A stretch of DNA of 64,000 nt from assembly GCA_030390025.1 (NCBI GenBank), contig CM059431.1, positions 114,516,001 through 114,580,000 of the forward strand. The letters run 5' to 3'. The DNA comes from Squalus acanthias. Its lineage: Eukaryota. A program made the translations under genes and the position numbers. This document shows positions 51,721 through 63,903 of the stretch, piece by piece; positions within the stretch are counted from its first letter, which is position 1, and each line of letters begins with the position of its first letter. The notes beneath the pieces are model-generated. The model saw nothing but the letters and a program-made list of their open reading frames with translations, was not told the origin of the DNA and made no database searches.

Positions 51721-52499
51721 GATCAGGCTGTTCTGTAGGCACCAAGGGTGCTCACGGGAAGTATGTTAAATGCAAAATAAAATATTTGAATAAGGATCCT
51801 ACACTTCTTTTGAAGGTTTTAAGATTCACACTGTGTCTCATTTGGGCTTGTGATCCTGAAAACCCAGCATCAATCCTAGCCTCCTTTCTGGGCTTGTGAA
51901 TTTTTTAATACCCAATAGCTTTCCAGATTACTCTCTTTCCTTTGTTACCTGAGTAACTACAAAAGTATTTTGGGATATTTTATGCTATTTTGCCTCATTG
52001 CATCTTAGACAAAGAAAGACTCTGCTATTATTACTTCTATAAGAGGCAAAAAGAGATTGGCGGGAAGGGTGCAAAGCCTTCTATGTTTATGTCTTAATTT
52101 CAATTGCATTCAATTAACCAATCAGAGTGACACATGTGTTCTCCTATCAATCATTCCCAACAGTCAGTAAGTGTCCTCGAAGGTGTTTGAGCTACTGAAG
52201 CATGCATTTTTAGTTAGGCTGGCTTCACCTTACAATAGGGTCGCCATTCCCAAACCACCCGGATTGTCTAGGAGTCTCCAGGAATGGGACATGAATCTCC
52301 CAGGCACTGCTGCTAGCAGCTCGGGAGAACTCGCATTTTAAATTTCACAGAGCAGCAGCAGCATTCCCACTCCGTGACGTCACCGGCTGCCATTACAGAG
52401 AAGCCTCCGGTTCGATGATGTCAACCCCCCCTCCCCCACCACCACAGAGAACCGGCCTCTGCGTAGGTGTGACTAGGGACAGCTGGTTGCCAGGTGTCT

Positions 52500-52915
52500 G
52501 GGGGGTGGGGAGAGAAAGAGAGGTGGAGCGGGGAGAGTTGCAGGACTAGGGTGAAGTGGGACTAGGGGGCAGAGCGAGTGACAGCGGACTGAGGGTCGGA
52601 GAGAGGGAGACAAGGGATGGAGAAAGAGGGAGACTGGGGATTGCGGGTCGGGGCACTGGGGTCAGGGGATGGAGAGATAGAGAAGAGATAGAGACTGCAG
52701 AATGAGGGTCCGGGGATGGGGGACGAGAGGGTGATTGGGTAATGCGGATCGGGACATTGGGGCTTGGGTGGGTGGGAGAGAGGGAGACTGGGGACTGGGG
52801 GTTTGGGGGGATTGGGGCTTGGGCAGGGGGAGAAAGAGAGACTAGGGAATGGGGGGATTGGGGCTCAAGTGGGGAGGGAGAAAGGGAGACTGGGGAATGG
52901 GGTGGGTGTGGGGCC
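52500..52915. repeat. G/A-rich degenerate tandem repeat
   Basis: Recurrent GGAGA(A/G)AGGGAGACTGGGG units and many GGG runs. Confidence 0.85.
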
Positions 52916-53174
52916 CAGCATTTCCAAAGCCAGGTGCAGCTGCAATAATGTGGTAAATGGGAGCGGCACTGAGAGAGAAACAGCCAGAATAAGTGCCCAC
53001 CAAACTCTTCCAGGGCCTTGATCCTCACACCACCATGAAAGAGCTTCAGTTTGCCTCCACTAACCTTCAAATGTAAGATTTTATTAAGGAGTGTCATGGA
53101 CATTAAACACAAACGGGGAGCGTGACATGCAAATTCAGAATTGCATATTAAATATAAAAGTGTCTTATTGGATG

Positions 53175-53363
53175 GTGTATTGAAGCTGTCGCTAAGACCT
53201 GGTGGTTTACATCTGAGGATCCTGAGGGAAGTTTGGGAAGAAATAGTGGAAGCTCTGACTATCATTTTCCAAAAGAACATTGTGTCAGAGCCTGGAGGGT
53301 GGCAACTGTGACACCCTTCTCCAAAAAAAGGAGACAGAGATAAGCCAGGAATATAAAGGTCAG
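53175..53363 (+). mobile_element. CR1 internal fragment
   Basis: GLHLRILREVWEEIVEALTIIFQ, WRVATVTPFSKKG. Confidence 0.75.
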
Positions 53364-53377
53364 TTATTCCTATTTCA

Positions 53378-53918
53378 TGATGTGGAGATGCCGGCGTTGG
53401 ACTGGGGTGGACAAAAATGAGAAGTCGCACAACACCAGGTTATAGTCCAACAGATTTATTTAATTTTACAAGCTTTCGGAGCAGTTCGCTCCTTTGTCAG
53501 GTAAGTTTAGCAGTGAGAGAATCTCCCAGAATTCACAATTTAAACACAGACAAAATATATTCAAATCTTCATTTCACGGGTTCATGTCACGATACAGAAC
53601 GTGACTTGACATCATGGCCGGTCTTCCCAGGTGTTTTTTTTTTTAAAAAGGCTAACACAAGAACCTACACAGATTGATAGGATATGCAGCCAGCAGGTGG
53701 TTTGACACGTTGGACCCCCTGGGACACATCTCATTGTCTTGGCTATGCTCTTTGATGTAGGGAAAGATTTGAATATATTTTGTCTGTGTTTAAATTGTGA
53801 ATTCTGGGAGATTCTCTCACTGCTAAACTTACCTGACGAAGGAGCGAACTGCTCCAAAAGCTTGTAAAATTAAATAAATCTGTTGGACTATAACCTGGTG
53901 TTGTGCGACTTCTCATTT
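53378..53918. mobile_element. Penelope-like insertion with inverted pLTR arms
   Basis: 14-bp TSD TTATTCCTATTTCA at 53364-53377 and 53919-53932; 157-bp arms 53413-53569 / 53764-53920 with 2 differences; ORF end GFMSRYRT* at 53578-53604 (+). Confidence 0.92.
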
Positions 53919-53949
53919 TTATTCCTATTTCAAACAGCCGTAAACTCCT

Positions 53950-54035
53950 GGGGTAGATTTTTGTCTTCGCCACCTGGGCAGTAATTTGGCAGAGCAGATC
54001 ATCCACCTGTTATAAAAGCTGCCCGATTTTTGTTC
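53950..54035. mobile_element. Half MITE (27435/34170 family)
   Basis: GGGGTAGATTTTTGTCTTCGCCACCTGGGCAGTAATTTGGCAGAGCAGATCA. Confidence 0.6.
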
Positions 54036-54779
54036 CAGATAAAGTTGCGATTATTATGGGGTGGGGTGGAGATGAGAGAAGAATTGTTGAAGAAGTGCCA
54101 TAGAATTGCCTCAGCATGTGTCCTCAAAATGGAGTCAGTAGTCAGACAGAATGCTAGGAAAAAAAGGAGCTAATGCTAATTAAACCATGAAGTCTTATAC
54201 AAACAAAGCTCTCTCTACCAGGGAGAGAAAGCAAGCCATCAAGACTACAGGCCTGGAGATGGCTCATTAAGGAGTACATAAAGACCTGTGTGCGACCCCT
54301 TTGTTAGCAAAGACCTGAGAGGTTAGGGAGTAAACGAATGACTTGACATGTCCACGTGCCAGTGGTTCATTGATTTTGAGGTCATCAGGGGTATTAACAG
54401 TGCTGTGTGAGGTGACTGACACCAGAAGGGCCGAACCCTTCTAACACGTGTCATTCAGATCGGTTAATAGAATTGAGGAGGTTTCTTTGGAAATTAAGGA
54501 TATATTAGATCGTGCTTTTGACACTAAAGTCTCAGTCTTCAGTCCTTAGTTTAGTTCTAGTTCTTTTAGTAGTTCTTGTCATTGCCAGTGTAGTAGCAGG
54601 TGGAGGGCCTTTTGTCTGGTATATGTTGAAGGGTGTTTCTGTAAAATCAAAAGTGCACCTCCAACAGAGAGCGAAAGGATATATACAGGCAGATATAAGT
54701 GTGTCACTTAGAGAAGTTTCCCTGAGATCAAGGCAGGTGAGATTTAAGGCAGCTTGAGCTAATAAGTTAAAGGGGTGGC

Positions 54780-54990
54780 CTGAGGGAGTTTTTCAAGGTT
54801 GTGAAGGGTTATAAGGTAAATAAGACTGGATTGTTTTTAAGTGGAAATTATTTGCTTGAAAAGAGGAATATTAAAGGGTATGGGAACATGCAGGAGAGTG
54901 GGACTAGATGAGGTGGCTTATGTGGGGAAAAACATCAGTTCAGACTTGCCAATAAATAGCTTTATTCTGTGCTATACCATTCAATGATTC
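54780..54990 (+). mobile_element. Old CR1 3' end
   Basis: ATTAAAGGGTATGGGAAC...GAGTGGGACTAG...TTCTGTGCT...TTCAATGATTCT. Confidence 0.6.
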
Positions 54991-55132
54991 TGCTTCACTG
55001 CAAAGTACATCTCCTGTTCCGTGAACTTCAGCTTTCTTCTCCCCTCTCTGCAACGCCCCCCCCCCCCCCCATAACAATCACAATTTCCTGATCAACTCTG
55101 CCATCAATATTACCCTGCAGAGTAATACTTAC

Positions 55133-55595
55133 TGGCTCAGTTGGTAGCACTCTCACTTCTGAATCAGCAGCATTGTGGATTCACAGTCCCACTCCAGAGA
55201 CTGAGCGCAAAATCTAGGGTGACACTCCAGTGCAGTACTGAGGGAGTGCCGCACTATCAGAGGTGCCGTCTTTCAGATGAGACATTAAACCGGGGCCTCG
55301 TCTACCCTCTCAGGTGGATGTAAACGATCCCACTGCAATATTTGAAGAAGAGCAGGGGAGTTCCCCTGGTGTCCTGGCCAATATTTATCCCTCAACCAAC
55401 ATCTAAAATAAACAGATGATCTGGTCATTTATTTCATTGCTGTTCGTGGAAGCTTGCTGTGCACAAATTGGCTGCCGTGTTCCCTACATTACAACAGTGA
55501 CTACACTTCAAAAGTACTATATTGGCTGTAAAGGGCTTGGAGTCATCCTGAGGTCATGAAAGGCAGCATATAAATCCAAATTATTTCTTTTTCTT
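55133..55595 (+). mobile_element. Full-length DeuSINE (SacSINE1-like)
   Basis: Colinear with 19586-20041. Confidence 0.9.
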
Positions 55596-56669
55596 TATTA
55601 TTGCTGGCAGCCAATGATTATTTGGCTTAATTTACTACTAGTTTACAAAGCAATGGATTTGAATTTTGAGCATTCGTGGCTTGCAGTAAAATAACTGAAA
55701 ACAATTAACATCTCATTACTGTTGAAGGGTCTTTTTCTGATGAGTATAACTATTAGGAACAATTTTGTACTTATGTATTTATGTCCTGTTGGCCTCATTC
55801 AAAAAGACCTCTCGTTTGCACAACTAATCCTCAAATACTGAACATTTACTGTACGTGATATTTATGTAAAATGTGAACCACAACCATTTTATATATAAGA
55901 ATTAATACTTTTGAGTGCAGTTGAGGGATACTTTTGTTGTTTAAATCTTATCAATTTTCATACCTGGTAGCTCGAATTTTATGCTGTTGGGCAGGTCACA
56001 ATAGTCACAATAGCAAGAGATTGTACTTCTGCCTACTTTCAGCTAACTACCATATTCAGATTTAGGCCTTCGCAAGAAAGTGGAGGGCAAAGAAGATCTG
56101 TCTAAGAAGAATATTCGGGCTAATTTTAACTTGAAAGATGTTTGAACTAGCTCCACTGATTGCCATTAGAACATTGAGGGCAGAACTGCCTCCTTCCAGC
56201 AATGGCACTTAAGTTATTTTCTTAAAATGCAGTAGTACAGAAAATAGGGTGGCCTAGCAGCTGAACTTAGCCCTGCAGGTATAATCTCTGCCTGCAGGGC
56301 TAAGACTAGCTACTTCGGCCTTCATGTGGTAGCTTTCCAATCGTGGCACTAAAGCGAGGGAGACAATTTAAAATCTGATGGTAGCTCGCTCCACTTTTAA
56401 CGTTGCTTCCAGGTTAAATTGGATTAAAAAAATACAAACCTATGGCATTCGTCAAAAATCCACCAGAGACCATAAACAATCAGCACAGTGCACCGAAACA
56501 GTGCTACCATTTACCAGAACCAATCGCCAGGGCCATCATGTTGTATTACATTCATTGTACACCGTATACCATGACAATAAATCATTCAACTGAAGTGCTG
56601 ACGGTGATAGTTTCTTTGAGCACAAGAATCAAAGCCCTGCTATTTAAAATCCACCATTGGATGGATCTG

Positions 56670-58169
56670 TCTCTGGCGTTCCATCTTTTTTTGACGGATT
56701 TGAGAATCATTAGTTGGACCATTGAGTAACATGGCCAACTCCTGAAGCATGTCAAATTGTAATAAATATTAGGATACAATAGTATCAAAAATCTTTTTTT
56801 TTCCAAGTTTAACAGGTTCTTAGTATTCAGTGTTTTACTTAAAATGAGATCCAACAGAGCAGTTAGTGCAATCACCTTTTTGATCAACCTTTTTGACAAT
56901 TTTACCACACCAACATTTTAACACATAACAACATTAACTGTTTTTTGTAGCTTCTGTGTTTAAAAATGAGGTAACAACATAATTCTCACAATTACAGTCC
57001 TTTAGGAAGCTCCAGCAATCAACGTTGTCTTTCCGTCATTTTTACTTGTATTTCAACAGTTATTGCATTCAGTGACTAGTTGAGTGTTTGATTTTGAATG
57101 TTGTAATGTTTTAGTGAACATTAAGCAATAGAATTTACGGGAGCAATCTGCAGCTCCCTAATCCTGGTACATGACTATTCCATGGGGAATGTTCATTAGC
57201 AGAGTGCTGATTTGTTTGGTTGAAAACAATTTAGAAGAAGGTTATTAACTTCAGCCCCTCATGATGCTTGTTTCTCTTTAAGACCAGGAAAAAAAAGAGA
57301 CCGATTTAGCCGAAGATTAGGGACTGTTGTAAAACGGACTGCGTCTAATGAAATATTACACTCTTCATAATTTTTATTCTAAAATTTCTTGCTGAGAGGG
57401 ATTATATAAATTACTTCTCTCCAGGCAGAATATTTTAGAAAAAAAAAATCTACTTCATGGTGATTTACAACAAAATTATGTGGAGGACCTGAAGGGTGGC
57501 AGAGTTTGATTGCGGTTAGGAGAGACATTACTCGAGGAAAAATGTAATTTCCAGAAAGTATGAATCATGTCATTCACAAAATTTAGGGGGTATTATTTAA
57601 ATTCCCCAGAAATTTAACACTATTTACATGCATCTCACTGTTAAATATTGTATTGCCATTTGAGGTATCGTACCTCTAAACTTACCATAATTTGTGTACG
57701 GTATTTAACAATAAGGGATGTGATTTACATCAATAGAGATTATTACAGTATGAAAGTGATTTACATCAATGTGATGAGTGCAACCATAATGATTTTGTAA
57801 TCAATTATAGCTAAACATCATAGAATCTTTCATTAATATTTTAACCCTTGTCCTTTTTTTAAAAAAAAAACTATCCTTCCAGGTGTCTTCTGACATTCTC
57901 TTCCATCTCTGGCATTCCATCTTTTTTTTTTGGACGGATTTGTGAATCATTCATGGCACTGGTTGGACCCTGTGAGTAACATTACCAATTCCTGAAGCAC
58001 GTCAAATTGTATTATATATTAGGATGCAGTAGTAGCAAAAACCTTCTTTTAGTTTAATAGGTTCTCAGTATTTTGTGCATTCAGTATTTTACTTAAAACC
58101 AGGTCCAACAGAACATTTAGTGTTCGACCTTTCTGACAATTTTACTGCACTAACATTTTAACACATAAC
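56670..58169. repeat. Diverged direct duplication of about 260 bp (56670-56929 and 57906-58169)
   Basis: Colinear from TCTCTGGC(G/A)TTCCATC to AACATTTTAACACATAAC with several indels. Confidence 0.9.
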
Positions 58170-58612
58170 CCAAAATATATGGCAAGGTTATTTTTTTTCT
58201 GTTTTTTTTTTCCTGTACTGCTGTAAATAAGACATGTTTTATGTATCGTATGTTACTTTACTGCCTTAAAACATTCAGCATGATAGCATAGATCTGCCAA
58301 GCATTTTCAAAACCATTCTTTAAAGAATCCCTGCATGTGCACAGGATGCCACCCAGTAATCAACCTACACAAGGGCAAAGTACCGAACATGCATTATATT
58401 CATGACGCCGATATAAAACTGGTCAATTCTCAACTTGGAGTAGGTTTTGAACCCCCTGAATGAAATGCTGCTGGTTTTGAGAGGGTTAAAGACAAGGAGC
58501 AGTCATAGAAAAGATGCTACTCCATTCCGCACTGTGGGGAAGAAACGGAAGATTCAGTTATTTTTATGGCGAGGGAGTTCGGTGTGAAAAACCTTTTCAT
58601 CTTAAAGGCTAC

Positions 58613-59200
58613 GGCCTAGAAATTCGTCTCGGGCAGGCGGTGGCACAGAATGGGCGGTATCGGATCAGCTGCCCGTTATACACAGCATCTGATATTCAGT
58701 TCCATTGCAGTCAATGGAACTGAGTGCAGTCAATGCGCACATAAAGCTAGGCTGAGACTCCAGTGCAATGCTGAGGGAGTGCTGCACTGTCGGAGGTGCC
58801 GTCTTTCGGATGAGACGTCTGCTCTCTCAGGTGGACGTAAAAGATCCCATGGCACTATTTCAAAGAAGAGCAGGGGAGTTATCCTCGGCTTCCTGGCCAA
58901 TATTTCTCCCTCAACCAACATAACAAAAACAGATTATCTGGTCATTTTCACATTGCTGTTTGTGGGAGCTTGCTGTGTGCAAATTGGCTGCCGCATTTCC
59001 CACATTACAACAGCGACTCCACTTCAAAAAGCACCTCATTGGCTGTAAAGCGCTTTGAGACGTCCGGTGGACGTGAAAGGCGCTATATAAATGCAAGTCT
59101 TTCTTTCTTTCAATGGAGCGGAATATCAAGAGCTGCGTATAACGGGTGGCCGATCCGATACCGTCGTGTTGCACCACCACCTGAGATGAATTTCTAGGCC
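58613..59200. mobile_element. Palindromic MITE with a DeuSINE (about 58735-59109, +) at its centre
   Basis: TIR GGCCTAGAAATTC / GAATTTCTAGGCC; arms CGGTATCGGATC / GATCCGATACCG and CCCGTTATAC / GTATAACGGG. Confidence 0.88.
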
Positions 59201-60207
59201 TTCACTTCTGATGAAGGATTGCCATGTTTTGGGGATATATTTTGGCCAATTTCCCACAAGAAGGATTTGGAAAAGAGTTGCACTTAAATGTTGGGTTATG
59301 AAAGCAAAGTGTATTCACACTAGTAAAAAAAAACACAGACATGAGGGTGATTAAAATGCTAATGAGCTAGGAGTTGAAGTTATTTCCCCATAGACCAAAA
59401 ACAATAAGCAATTTCTTAGCCTGTCCCGGTAATCAATAAGAAGCTCACACCTATGGCATTGGGAAATGCTTGGTCTTCGGGAGGTATCGTCTGACATAGG
59501 CTTTCCCCTATGGTTGTGAACACAGGGAGATAAAATAAGGACAAAAATGCCCACTCTCAGTCAGGTGTTTGAGCAAAGAGCTGCTGGGGCAGGCTTTCAG
59601 AAATTAAGATGCAGGAGGGAAGGTTTTTGTGTTGAGGTCAAACAAGACAACCCACTGATGTGACAAAGCAGTGTGTTTTCATTATTTTGCATTATTCTGT
59701 GAAGACAAGTTGTACAGATTGAATTGATTGAGTCCAATCTTAACTGCTGCTCTGTATGTTCACTTCCTCTCTGAGGAAAACAATGTTTTGCATTGGATAA
59801 ACTATCTGTCTACTGAGAGATTGGAGAAGCAAGCACATGTGAGGGCGCGTGTAAAAGACATGATATGCCATACATGTTATAATGTCAAGAATGTTACATT
59901 GTTGCATCCCTTGGGTTACGCTATCATATAAGTAGATATTGGACAGTGTGAATCAACTCTGGTATATAAGGGACGTGGCATTCTCTTATGGGAGTGTCTG
60001 ATGTCACTGAACCCAAGAAGGTATCTACGACAAATCTAAATTTGTAACAAGGATGTACCTCCAAAACCTCATAAACCTGACATGTCTCTTTACAGAAGCT
60101 GACTCACTCGTGTATTTACAGCATTTTCTGTTTTATTTTTTGAAAAACTAGAGTTTGTTGCAACTTTCTTACCTAAAAAGCTCACAATATCTGAAGATAG
60201 AGTTACA

Positions 60208-61603
60208 GAGGGTTATTTTGGTGAAAGGGTGAAAACAGGCACTAAGTGGGTGCTGTGCTAATAAGACTAGCCTGTTTGAAAGTCTGGTTTTAGCCCACAA
60301 TTTTGGGGCTAATTGATGAGTACCAAGATTTACACGTGCCTGGAGGTGCTAAAACAGACACCTGCAGGTTGAGCACTCAAGCGCTGATTAGACACAATTT
60401 TCGTGGAGCAGTGTATGTAACCTCCACGCACCCACTTCCACTGAAGGTGTGGAGTGCGCTGGCTGACACACAACAGAACATTTCAGGATGGCTCAGGGAC
60501 CGAGGGAGAGGGCACACAGGTTCTTGAATGCGGCACAGGTGGTCCTGGTGGAGGAGGTCCAGAGGAGGAGGGATGTCCTGTACCGCAGGGGGGGGTGGGG
60601 GTGGAGGGGGAGGAGTCCACCCCGCCCTGATGTCCCCCTTCTCCTTCTCTCCTGCAGCAGCTGGTGCTGCTCTGCCTGGCCTCATCTACTCCTCCCATTC
60701 CTCCTCCAGACCAAAGGAGACCTCTAGCAAGATTCCCATGACCAACCGCTCTCTTTCTCCTGGTGACTCCTATAAGGTCTCCAATAAGGTACAGTAGCAC
60801 AACACTCACTCTCTTTAGGTGAAGTCCTCAGAGAATTTCCGGGAAAAATTTTGACAGAATGTTGGTGAAGTCTTGACAAAGTGTCCCAGAAAGTCTCCCG
60901 GTGTGTCTCAAAAGTCCTCTTCAAAAGCAGTCTATCTCCAGCAGCAAGTGAACAGTGAAAGCTGAGCATGGCTTTAAGTAGTACTAGAAACGGTGGCATA
61001 GTGGTTAGCACTGTTGCAGCACAGCGCCAGGGACCCAGGTTCGAATCCGGCCTCGGGTGACTGTCTGTGTGGAGTTTGCACATTCTCCCCGTGTTTGCGT
61101 GGGTTTCCTCCGGGTGCTCCGGTTTCCTCCCACAGTCCAAAGATGTGCGGGTTAGGTTGATTTGGCTATGATAAAAAATTGACCCTTAGTGTTAGGGGGA
61201 TTAGGGGTATAAATACACGGGGATAGGGTGGGATATGTGTCGGTGCAGGCTCGATGGGCCAAAATGGCCTCTATCTGCATTGTGGGATTCTGTGATTCTG
61301 TGAAATCCTCCGCAACAACTTGTTTATTCCTGTTCAGCTGATCGCTGTTATGAGAAGTCGGTAATTGAAGCGGTAGCCACCAAAATGGCAAGTAGCCTCT
61401 TCAATGAGTGTTAGCAGGCAATTTAATTGGCAATCGGAGCCTTAACAATCCTCAGGGCAGCTGTTCCTAGCGTGCACTTCAACTCCTTTACCAAGATGGC
61501 GTCTTATGCTAAAGGCGGGCTAAACCAGCGTTGCAGCTCAAGACCCCATCTTGGCCACCTCGGAGGCTCTTTATTGCCTAAAGTAGCCGGGGGAAATCAC
61601 CCC
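60208..61603. mobile_element. Internally deleted Harbinger (Myb-like start +, transposase start -)
   Basis: MAQGPRERAHRFLNAAQVVLVEEVQRRRDVLY (60488 +); MGILLEVSFGLEEEWEE*MRPGRAAPAAAG (60739 -) resembles the 8655 start; ends GGGTTATTT / AAATCACCC. Confidence 0.65.
60991..61302 (+). mobile_element. HE1-like V-SINE
   Basis: tRNA head with B box GGTTCGAATCC, V core GTGTGGAGTTTGCACATTCTCCCCGTG...GGTTTCCTCCCACAGTCCAAAG, CR1-like tail. Confidence 0.93.
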
Positions 61604-63239
61604 ACAATGTTTCACCAAGGCCAAGACTGGACTGGAGTTGGATAGGGTCAGACATTGGATTGGCATCATGGATTCAGTTCTGCTGATGAAATTTCATTGA
61701 AAACATTAATGGTTGCATATCATGAGACACGGGGGAAACTGCACAAAATTAACTTTTATTTTTAAAAATATTTTTTCTCCAGTTTACATCTTGGAAATTT
61801 CTGGGCAACCATTCCAAAGCCCAGAGTGTCCAATCAAGAACCAAAACTGTGAAAGAGAAGACTCAAGTCTCTATATTTTGTTTATTCTATTCCTAAATTT
61901 TATTTCTTTAGTAATACAATTAAATTGCCACATAATAGGGTGGAAACACATCATTGTATTTTAATTACTCCCCATGATTGGTGGTCAGAATTATGCTACT
62001 AGGAAGGACCAAGGAAAATCCTGTTGAATTGGACATGGAAACAATGCTCAGTAGTATTTTAGATGTCCGTGTGACATGGCACATTTAAGATTACTTCTGA
62101 ATCTGCATAGTCATGCCACATTCTCCTTGAATGTCCACAGCACTGGGACCCCCGGTCTCCAATTGGATAGGGATTCTTAAGCGCATTTCTGGAGTTTCTT
62201 TCATTTTAGCTTGGAGAACAACGAAGTACAAACATGGTATGGGGGCATTACCTATGGAGCACTGACATCTTGATACACATTGGAACTGCTGATTTGCCAT
62301 ACTCCTCAGGTAGTATATCATTCTGAGTTGCATCTTAGAATAAATACATTTTCAATGATGTAACATTACAAATCACTATTATTGTATTATTAAGGCCAAT
62401 ACTAGCATCAGGAATAAAATTCTGTGAGCACAGTCAATGGAAAGGTAAATCGTGCAGGATGCGTAATGGGCTGCCACTAGTTTTCCGCCACCACCACCAA
62501 AGTTAAAATGACGCCTTGTATTTCTGATTTGGCATCGATGATTGGTTTACTGTTTTTTAAAAAGAAAAAAGTAAGCTGTTAGTGTTGTTAAATTTTCTAC
62601 CTGACATCACTGATGAGAAGCTATTATCCAATGGACCTTGACTTCGGCTGGTCAATCAAAAAGTCGATACTGCATTATCTATTCAATAAATATGGTCACA
62701 ATAAGAAAACATTTTAATTAGGTAGCTTAGTGGTTCTTTTCATGAAAATGCCGATGCAGTGTTCCACAGAACACGGGTTTATACCCATAATTCCTTGCAC
62801 AAGTTCCTGATCTCAGCTGTGTGATTGGAAAGCCACCAAGCAGTATCCAGGCAGAGAGAGGGAAAGAGTCACGCAGTCCACTCTCTTACATCTCCTAGTG
62901 GTCAGCTTTAGTGCACAACCAACAGATGGCTGGTTAAAGATTGTCTGGCTGCCTGGCTCAGACTGACCTAAAGAGAGATGAAAACTAAAGAAATAACTTA
63001 ATAAAAAAAAAGTTGATTGAGATAAATGTACTCAGTAAGTACTTCTGAAACGTGTTATAGTACTTGTCAAACATTGCACGGTACTGAACCTTTTAAAGTA
63101 TAAATGAAATGTAGTACCCATAGGTCCTATAGGTGATCTTGCTTTGTTAAATAGACAGGATGGATAGTGGTAATAAAATAAAGCTCCAGTAGATGGGAAG
63201 TGGTAGAGAGGTATTGATTTGGTAACATTATTTTAAATA

Positions 63240-63535
63240 GAGTTGGTGAGTGCACTCTCCTGTGTGGAACTCACCTACAGAATTTGAAGGCCCCAGGTTA
63301 GATGCCCAGTCTGATTTCAGCCAGACTGGTGGTAAGGAGAAATATCAGTCCAGGTTCTTACTCCTGATCACTATCCAGTGATCCCTGTTGGAAAGTGCAT
63401 GGGTATGGGTATCGAATGAGGACAGGCTGAGGCATAGCTATGATATTCCATCCTGTCAATACTCACTGTCTAGTTTCATACATGAAGAACTGCCATTTGA
63501 GTGAGAGTCAGCACCTTCATGAGAGGAGGGAAAAA
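63240..63535 (+). mobile_element. Degenerate tRNA-derived SINE
   Basis: GAAGGCCCCAGGTT...CTCCTGATCACTATCCAGTGA...GAGGACAGG...CATGAAGAACTGCCA. Confidence 0.6.
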
Positions 63536-63903
63536 TTACTAACATGCTGATCTTAGGATAATGGCACTTTAGTATAATTTTCACATGGCCTAGCTTTTCT
63601 GCTGTATAACTTTTCTCTCCAACTTTGCTGATCGGACTGCTTGGTTCTCATGAAAAAGAAAGTCTGCTCAAGGGCTTTTTAAATACATCACTGAGCAATT
63701 ACCAGCCTTGTTGTTCTTTTAAATGCTCAAAATGATGTGTTAATATGTCTGTAATTGCAGCAGTTCAATGAGGTGAGGGTACTTTTTGTTGCTAAATTTA
63801 AAAGGGGCGATTTTAACCCAGCCCATCCAGGTGACTGACCCGGCAACATCCCACAGCCTTTGATTTTAACCTGCTCTTCTCCCTTTCATCTTTAAATATG
63901 TAT

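Noticed and set aside
53286..53310. Right TIR for the hAT-like end at 52236
   Set aside because: Better explained as CR1 coding sequence (WRVATVTPF).
52546..53430. 294-aa minus-strand ORF
   Set aside because: Pro/Ser-rich translation of the G-rich repeat plus antisense CR1 and Penelope sequence; no domain.
60991..61060. tRNA gene
   Set aside because: A/B boxes continue directly into a SINE core; same for the heads at 19586 and 55133.
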